Shown here: one piece after another, positions 11,994 to 18,639 of the stretch
Layout: every line of letters starts with the position of its first letter
Position numbering within the stretch: position 1 is the stretch's first letter
DNA from: Bugula neritina
Taxonomy: Eukaryota > Animalia > Bryozoa
NCBI GenBank assembly: GCA_964035545.1
Contig: CAXIUT010000112.1
Span: 1-18,639, forward strand
Direction: 5' to 3'
Length of the DNA stretch: 18,639 nucleotides
Notes under the pieces: generated by a model
The model's database searches: none
What the model saw: the letters and a program-made list of their open reading frames with translations, nothing else
What the model was told of the DNA's origin: nothing
Made by a program: the position numbers and the translations under genes

Positions 11994-13718
11994 CTGAGAG
12001 ACCTCAAAATCCACCTCTAATAGCAATTAAAACTGATAACTCGAGATCTGAATCAACCGGAACAGTTTCTAAAACAGTTCAGTCAGATAAACTAGAAGTA
12101 ATAACTAATGAGCACAACCTTTAAGCAACTGATATCAACTATCGAAGGACTAATTGCGATAGTTTAGACACTGAAAGATCATCATATGTAAGTGAGACAT
12201 CGTTTGTAATAGCACTAGCAGATAAAAAATATGTTGAGCAAACATCAAACTATCATCGCAGATATTGAATAGAATCATTGTAGACAGGAAACTAAAATAT
12301 TTGAATAAAAGCATTAGATGAAATAGCAGATGCAATAGCAAATAAACAATCTGACTTCTATCAATCAATAACTATAATAGAAATTGAGATCTAGTTAAAT
12401 TGAATTATAACGAACCAATAAGACAAAGATCGAGTTAGAAATGTAGATTAATAAGGTTAATAAGAATAGGTAGTAGCTTTAGATATAGTTGAAAAAGATA
12501 TAAAGTAAATATTATCTATTGACTTAGTAAAATAGTTAAAAAGTTAAAAAGGTCATAATTGATCCTGCTAAATTGAAACTCTAGTATATTTTTTATTATG
12601 CTAAGTTGAGAAATATTATCAATAGTTTTTTGGATATGAAAGATATTGCTAATATCAGTCAGTGTAATAAATTTTATCACTTGAAATTCAAAAGAGAGCA
12701 AGGAAGGTTATGTTATTTGCATTTTAAAAATAAGTATCAAAATAATATATCTAAATAGATCAAAATGGCCAAAGAGTATTAAAAAATATGGTAAATATTT
12801 CCACAATAAAATATCAAACATAATGCCCTTAAATATCTATTTCTAAAAACCAAACCTGCAACCTATATCGTACCTTATCTTCAGGATGCGCCAGTTCATC
12901 AACCTATTCATTAGCCTCAAAAAAACAAATAAAAATTTACTTGGAAAAATCTATTTAATTCAAATAAAAATCAATAAGTTTAAAAAGAAGAATCTCACAA
13001 AGAAGATACTAAATTTAGCTTATCAAGTTTGAAGAAAGAATAAGATTTCAAAAAGATTTAATCAAAGATATAATCAATTTTCAAAAACATACTCCAGATA
13101 AAGGTGCCATAGGATCTGACATATTTTAGCTAAACTATGTAGAAACAATTTAAGTAGTTAAAATAGTAATTGGGTAAATACAAAGGAGTGAAGGGTACTC
13201 ATTGGGAGTGGAGTGCTCAATTGTATTGTTTGAGTAGGTATATGTATAGTTAAATAAATGAGTTGTTTAATTTATTGCAGGTGATATTTGGATAGCTTTT
13301 GGCTAAAAATAAGGAGTTGTTATTTGTGAGAGATAGTTATTAATATTTGAAGGAAAATTAACAAATTTTGAGGAGTTTGATTTAAAACGTGTCTAGTGAT
13401 AAAGTAGGATTGGAAAAGAAATTTTTGTTTATGGAAAATTAAATATTGAAGTTGAAGTTGGAAAAAGATGTGCTTAGTAACAAGTTGGAACAAATATCTT
13501 TATAAAAATAACAAATAAAAAAGAATTTATCCTATTTATAAATATAAAATAAATAATAAAAGAAAGCTATCTAGAAATACAGATAGTAGCAGAAGATCAT
13601 AGACTAGAAATTCACTTTGATTCGATAGGAGTTGGCTAGATTACCTAACAAGGAGAGGAAGAGTTCATTTGCTAGTAGTTATGAATCTCATCATAGTCAG
13701 GATTTATCAGGATTATGA
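11994..13718 (+). CDS. Coiled-coil protein with an internal F-box-like motif; apparently 5'-truncated at the telomere junction
   Basis: TGA-free frame of 575 codons starting at the first base after the telomere (LRDLKIHLEEQLKLITRD...). Heptad E/K/L-rich composition. LRNIINSFLDMKDIANISQCNKFY near 12606-12680 resembles an F-box. First in-frame ATG is at 12108. Confidence 0.75.
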
Positions 13719-13830
13719 GTTGATGTAGATGATAGTTGATATATTGTGTTTAGATAATGATATTAAAGGATGAGTGTGGGGGTTTGTTTGTCTGTTTTTA
13801 GGAATATGAAATGGCTGTAATTATAAATCA

Positions 13831-14397
13831 ATGGAAAGCCCTTTTAGAGAGATGGAAAGTTAAATTGGGTAAATATCACTCAATTCAAGAAGAGGTTCTA
13901 CTAATAACGGGTCAGGTAAAGAGGTTACTAGTACTAGGAATGATACTAGATTTCTTCCTCTTGACTCATTGCCTCTCAATCCCAGTCATGTTCTTTCTGA
14001 TTCTAGTAAAAGTTAAGCCACTAGATAAATTCAAAAGAAAATCTAATCGATATAGACTGCTCAGAAAACTTTAATAGGTAAGTTTTAGAAGGTTAAGTAA
14101 AATTTAATCAAAGAAATTCAGAAGAAGGATGATTTCAATTCTGACCTATAAAGATAGATAGCATAACTAAAGGGATAGATATAGTAGAGTCGTTCTGATT
14201 TGAATATAATAACAGCTTATATGAAAAAAAAATTGTTGAGGTAGTCTGAGCAGTTAAGTCGTAAGGGTTTGGTGAGGTCAAATAAAAAGCCAAAATCAAT
14301 AGAGGGAAGTAATAAAAGTATCGATACTAGTGGTAATAATATTCGTGTGTAGAAGAAAAGTCGATCACCTAGATAGTATCAATTTAAAAAGTATTGA
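13831..14397 (+). CDS. Hypothetical coiled-coil protein, 188 aa
   Basis: ATG-TGA frame (MESPFREMESEIGEISLNSRRGS...SPREYQFKKY) with an E/K-rich central coiled coil. Fills the space between its neighbours. Confidence 0.7.
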
Positions 14398-14529
14398 ATT
14401 CTTTTTTATTATAAAATTGATTATTTTTCTTTTTATATTTGAATTGTGTCAGCGTTATTTTATCAAATACTAAAAATAGATGTTGATATTGATAAAAGAT
14501 AATAGATGACACAATATTAAGTTATTCTA

Positions 14530-15488
14530 TCATAGATGTTTCTTTAGTTACTCGTAAACGATAAAAACAATGGCATTGGATGGTATTAGACGTATCAGAT
14601 CTGGTTTTAGTCCAGAGTAGAACCCAGAAATACCATTTTATCTCCAAATATGTCTTATTATATTAGTCAAATGTGACTTCTACCTGCCTCTGAAGTCAAA
14701 CATCACTGTCCTCACCACTACTATTGGATAGGTCAAAGTTGAAGCGATTACTATCGTAAAAATATGATTACTTTTGGAAATAGTTGATGCAATAAAAATA
14801 TTCAAGACTGATATTTGAGACTGTTTATACTATTTTATCTTTTAGTAGCAATTGAAGTAGACAACTGCATTGGCTACTGAAAAGAGAGAAGCAGTGAGTC
14901 CTTTATAGAGAGATCTGATTCCTTCCTTGGATATAAAACAAAATTACTGTTTTGTACATTTCTTTGATGACTGCAAAAGGTGCATTGGTTTTATAGTGAT
15001 ATATTTCTGGATGTAGGTATTGCGCCATGAGTCGTGTTCGTACTACCCAGATGGGGTTGGTGAGGACGTTGCAGATCACTCCTGCGGCGATGGTGGCCAT
15101 TAGGTAGGACTATGATTTGGTGTACTTTTTATTGAGGGCATACTGTTTGCTGTATTAATAGATGGGGAAGAAAAGGGAGTGGAATATGGGAATTGCTATC
15201 ACGTTTGTCCTGTACCCTAGTTTGAATTACTACTACCACTGTAAAAGCCTCGCCATCCTTCTTCTTTCCAAATGGTCTTCATGGCGTGAGTGAAATGGGT
15301 GTACTTTCCTGCATTTTTTTGATGACTTGGAGCATTCTAGTTGAAAAGATCAATACGAGCACATTGAGTCTTGTCCTGGCGATATCCAGAGGATTGCAGA
15401 CTGTAACTGAGATAAAGCCAGCTACGAGACCTGAAATGAAGCTGACCACTCGTTCATGGGTTTATTTCTTATCGAAGAGTTCCTTCAT
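14530..15488 (-). CDS. Mitochondrial carrier (SLC25) family protein, NAD+/folate/FAD-carrier type, ~291 aa, 4 introns
   Basis: Three carrier repeats: NPLDIARTRL...WKEEGWRGFYSG, TNPIWVVRTRL...EGIRSLYKG, TYPIVVVRT...ENGISGFYSG. PIWV in repeat 2 is characteristic of the Ndt1/SLC25A32/Rim2 group. Introns 15337-15356, 15217-15236, 14926-14947 and 14751-14771. Confidence 0.92.
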
Positions 15489-15526
15489 TGATATTACTCT
15501 AACTAATTAGGTTTATTATAATATTG

Positions 15527-15792
15527 ATGTACGAATCGTTTTGGATGGGCGTTAGCTTTATGATGATTTGCCGTCATTCTGCATTCAAAATGCTTAGATG
15601 GCCTCATACGTCGGGTACTTATCGAACTAAATAGCCCCTCTGAGTTTGTTTCCTCAGTTGTTGGTCGGAGGACTAATCTGGTCTTTGTTTGATGTGTGTC
15701 GAAGGATAGCGATCGAAGAGGTGCTTAAAAAGGAAGAAATCGATGATCTCAATAAGCAATTGAGAAAAGATGAGAAGTTCTATGATCTTTGA
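15527..15792 (+). CDS. Small two-helix membrane protein, 81 aa, 1 intron; possibly complex I accessory subunit (NDUFC2/B14.5b-like)
   Basis: MYESFWMGVSFMMICRHSAFKMLRWPHTSAPLSLFPQLLVGGLIWSLFDVCRRIAIEEVLKKEEIDDLNKQLRKDEKFYDL after removing the 20-nt intron 15615-15634. Higher GC than its flanks. The family guess is pattern recognition only. Confidence 0.7.
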
Positions 15793-15899
15793 TAATGATT
15801 AAAAACCAATTATGTTCAATCAACTGTATTTGTTATCTTTTATTCAATAGTACTTAGATTAAGAGTGATTAGGTTATTTTAAATAATAAAAAAATACGA

Positions 15900-17393
15900 T
15901 CATATTTATTATGTGTTACAGATGGGTGTAAACTATTTGAAATCTGATCGTTATTCTATTGAATTTACAGTAGATATTTTAGCTATTTTGGTTTATTTAT
16001 TCTATTTTGGTATATTTATTTTTCTTCTTAGCATTTATTGTTTCGTCTATATAAGTTGTCTATCGATTTGTATGATCTAATAATTGATCAAACTGGTAAG
16101 ATCCATGAGTTCCGTCTAATGAACTTATATTTATTCTGTTATTTATTTAAGTTTTCTATGGACTTTGACTAAAGCTGTATAAGACTATCTAATTGAATCT
16201 TAATTTCTTTTTTAGAGTAATACTAAAGTTTGATTTAAAATAGTCAAGCATTATTGATGTTTATTTAGCAGTTGATTTCTTTTGTGATGATTGATTTATT
16301 CTTGAGCTATTTATTTATTTAATGAATGATCTTAGAGTAGAGTTTAATTGAAATGACTTATTTTTTTTTAAGTAGTTGTTTGTATTGAATCATTGATGGG
16401 TTGTGATACGAAATTCATATATTTTTATGAATAAAATTTTATATTTGATGTCTTTATTGTTGAATTAAACTTCTTTATTGTCTATGTACTCCTTTCTATC
16501 ATCTTCTTATCATTTTCATTTTGAATTACCTCATATGATTTATTTGAATGACTAAATGGTGATTTAGGTGTTACTTATGATTAGTCAAATGTTCCATCCT
16601 GGTTTATTTTATATGCGAATAGTTAGATCCAACTCAAACGTCTAAAATAATCTTTGGTTAGTAGTTTTTTTAACAATATTTGTGTCTTCTACGATACTGG
16701 ATGACTATCAATGGGTAGTATTATTTAGCTGTTGTTGATTGTACTGATAAGCATGGCGATTGATTTTGATTGGAATGGACAGACTCCAAATAGCATTTAG
16801 TATAGTACTACGCCTAGCGACCAGATATCTGCTTTCATGGTATAGTTTTATCCTCTGAGTATTTCAGGTGCCATGTAGATGGGCGATCCTAGCATAGTTT
16901 TTGCCATGTTTTATCCTGGTTTTAGACCTTTGCAAAAACCAAAATCACCTAGTTTTACTTTATCATTGCTAAAAAATATATTTTATGGCTTTATATCTCG
17001 ATGCATTATGTTGTATCTATTCAGCACTTTAAAGGCTTATAGAAGTTGTCGGAATATTCTTAGAGATTTTTGTTATGAAAATGATCCTTCTCGTTGCATG
17101 GCTTCAAGTAAATTACCTCCATTGCAGTACTAATAAACAAAATAGTAGTTATTTTTTGTTTGAAAGTGGTCTTAGTATTTTACTATGTATTAGCATGGAG
17201 AGATAGTGGATAGAGTTTGAATTTAGTTGGTGGTGCATTGTTCTAGTTGCGAGTTTTTTTAAAATTTAGAAACGGGTATTATTTTTACAGCAAATTATCC
17301 TTGTTTTTTAGGATGACTGGCTTTGTACACTTAGGCGTAGTTACCCTCTCCGATCTTCTAGAGTAAACTATAGTTATTAATCACTTTAACCAT
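15900..17393 (-). CDS. Ser/Thr protein kinase, ULK/ATG1-like, 497 aa, intronless
   Basis: IGEGNYAEVYKA, FAVKII, TNEIQTL (alphaC Glu), VYEYCNGGNL, MHRDIKPENI, KLGDFGF, LGSPIYMAPE, KADIWSLGVVLYEMLFG. Helical C-terminal tail. TGA at 15900-15902. Confidence 0.93.
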
Positions 17394-17433
17394 TTGTTTA
17401 TTATAATGTTATCTATCTAACAAACAAAAACTT

Positions 17434-17537
17434 ATCAAATACTTAGAGATAATATGAACTAATTAGAGATAATATCAAATAACCAGAGATAAAATCAGAT
17501 AATTAGAGATAAAATCAGATAACTAGAGATAAATCAT
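17434..17537. repeat. Minisatellite, ~5 imperfect copies of a 20-bp unit (AATTAGAGATAA[A/T]ATCA[A/G]AT)
   Basis: Units at 17441, 17461, 17481, 17501 and 17521, each with AGAGATAA in the same register. Confidence 0.88.
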
Positions 17538-18500
17538 AGGAAGGCAACTTTCTTTTTGGATGTTAGTGGTTTAGATTAGCTAATACCACTGATACTATTT
17601 TTAAATTATCTTACTTTAGTTAGTTTTGACTATATTATGCTGTCAACTTCTTTCATCATCTTCTTAGTTTAGTATTCAGAGGTTTATCCATCATTAGATG
17701 ACATTTGATTTAAGGTCATGACTTCCATTGATAAGTTGGATATCGTTTTTAGTAAATTTTTACTTAAAGAATATGCGAATTATCCTTTTGCTGCTCTTTT
17801 TATCTTTATTATTTCATCTGTATCTGCTATCTTATCTTTCAATATCGATATTATTGATTGATATTGGTTATGAATTTGATTTATGTCTTGTTGGGTCTAT
17901 CTGATTACTGTATTCTCGTATCCATCTTGATATGTCAATCTATGTTAGTGATGATTTACCTTCTCCAAGGAAAGAATGCTTTTTTGAGTAGATTGCGATG
18001 GTATACTTGATCCATTTATTTATTCTTCTTTTTTAAAGATTTCATCGCTTTGCTATGATTGACAAGAACATTCCAACATTTTTTTACATTAGATTGATAG
18101 TAATATTTTTATGTGATAGATTATAATAATTTTTATCTTTTTATTTGCTATTTTTTCATCTAAATAGTTGATATTTAAAGATCAGATCCGAATTGTTTTA
18201 ATGATTGTATTGTTTATTACGATTGTTATGTATATTATGTGATCTATATTTTATTGATATTACTTTTGTTTCATAGGGCTATGTTTTTTATTGGTGTTTT
18301 TGATTGAAGAAGTTGGTTATTTATTTTATTGCGTATTATTTTATGTTTTAGATTATGATTGTAAATTATGAGAGATCTTATGTTGTAAATTGGGTTCTTT
18401 GTGATATCATTTCTTGTTAAAAATGGGTTGATTTCTCTTTGAAGAACGTTGTTAATTGGGTTAGGGTTTGATGCAGTTATGATACGGAATATTTTACCAT
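17534..18500 (-). CDS. POC5-like centrin-binding centriole/basal-body protein, ~308 aa, 2 introns
   Basis: Two Sfi1-type repeats (YYYQSNVKKCWNVL and VYHRNLLKKAFFPWRR), then a coiled coil and LSKNLLKTISNLSMEVMTL, resembling the POC5 box (MKKAFMRGVCALNLEAM). Introns of 20 nt at 18244-18263 and 17940-17959 are each needed to avoid a TGA. Confidence 0.68.
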
Positions 18501-18558
18501 CTTTTTATATTTTTAAGTCAATAAATTATATTAAGTTTTATAAAGGTAAAAAATGTAA

Positions 18559-18639
18559 GGGGTTGGGGTTGGGGTTGGGGTTGGGGTTGGGGTTGGGGTT
18601 GGGGTTGGGGTTGGGGTTGGGGTTGGGGTTGGGGTTGGG
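18559..18639 (+). repeat. Right telomere, (GGGGTT)n
   Basis: Perfect G4T2 array running to the window end. Confidence 0.98.

Noticed and set aside
11718-12026. Supplied ORF with a (QP)n repeat
   Set aside because: It is the translation of the telomeric repeat plus AT-rich subtelomeric DNA.
16470-16489. Candidate 20-nt GTA...AG intron in the kinase tail
   Set aside because: The unspliced frame is open to 15900, whereas splicing it leads to an early TGA.
383-17133. Supplied ORFs 383-634, 1138-1572, 5361-5564, 6426-6692, 8122-8349, 8238-8468, 11145-11609, 12150-12368, 12516-12701, 13811-14074, 15286-15510 and 16879-17133
   Set aside because: Off-frame or antisense shadows of the real genes, produced by using the standard code.
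17434-17537. CRISPR-like array
   Set aside because: Contiguous tandem units without unique spacers, eukaryotic context and no cas genes.
18456-18470. Telomere-like TTGGGTTAGGGTTT
   Set aside because: Two imperfect units inside the POC5-like coding sequence (QTLTQ), not a C4A2 array.
277-18500. Pseudogene cluster, or ciliate code 6 (UAR=Gln), or a split code with UAA and UAG encoding different residues
   Set aside because: In-frame TAA and TAG are systematic, motifs are intact, and both codons independently fall at conserved Glu sites.
277-18500. Context-dependent UGA=Trp (stopless code)
   Set aside because: No in-frame TGA remains in any recognisable gene after splicing, and conserved Trp residues use TGG.

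Overview
AT-rich eukaryotic DNA that reads as ciliate macronuclear sequence. It has C4A2 telomeric repeats at the left end (1-93), G4T2 repeats at the right end (18559-18639) and a third, internal G4T2 tract (11911-11993). The supplied standard-code ORF track is fragmented because TAA and TAG are sense codons here. At conserved positions in four unrelated protein families (calpain, Rab, SPX-EXS, kinase) both codons stand where Glu is expected, not Gln, and every gene ends in TGA. This is UAR=Glu (NCBI table 30, peritrich nuclear code), not the common ciliate table 6. Re-translated by hand with that code and with 14 tiny GTA...AG introns of 20-22 nt, the window holds 11 densely packed genes. 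Positions 1-11993 form an apparently complete ~12 kb telomere-to-telomere minichromosome carrying a calpain-like protease, a Rab6-like GTPase, an SPX-EXS (XPR1/SYG1-like) protein, a cNMP-binding protein and a PH+CLU+TPR protein. A second piece (11994-18639) starts in the middle of a gene directly after the internal telomere. It carries a coiled-coil/F-box-like protein, a coiled-coil hypothetical, an NAD+/folate-type mitochondrial carrier, a small membrane protein, a ULK-like kinase and a POC5-like protein. All gene models are manual and no database searches were run.
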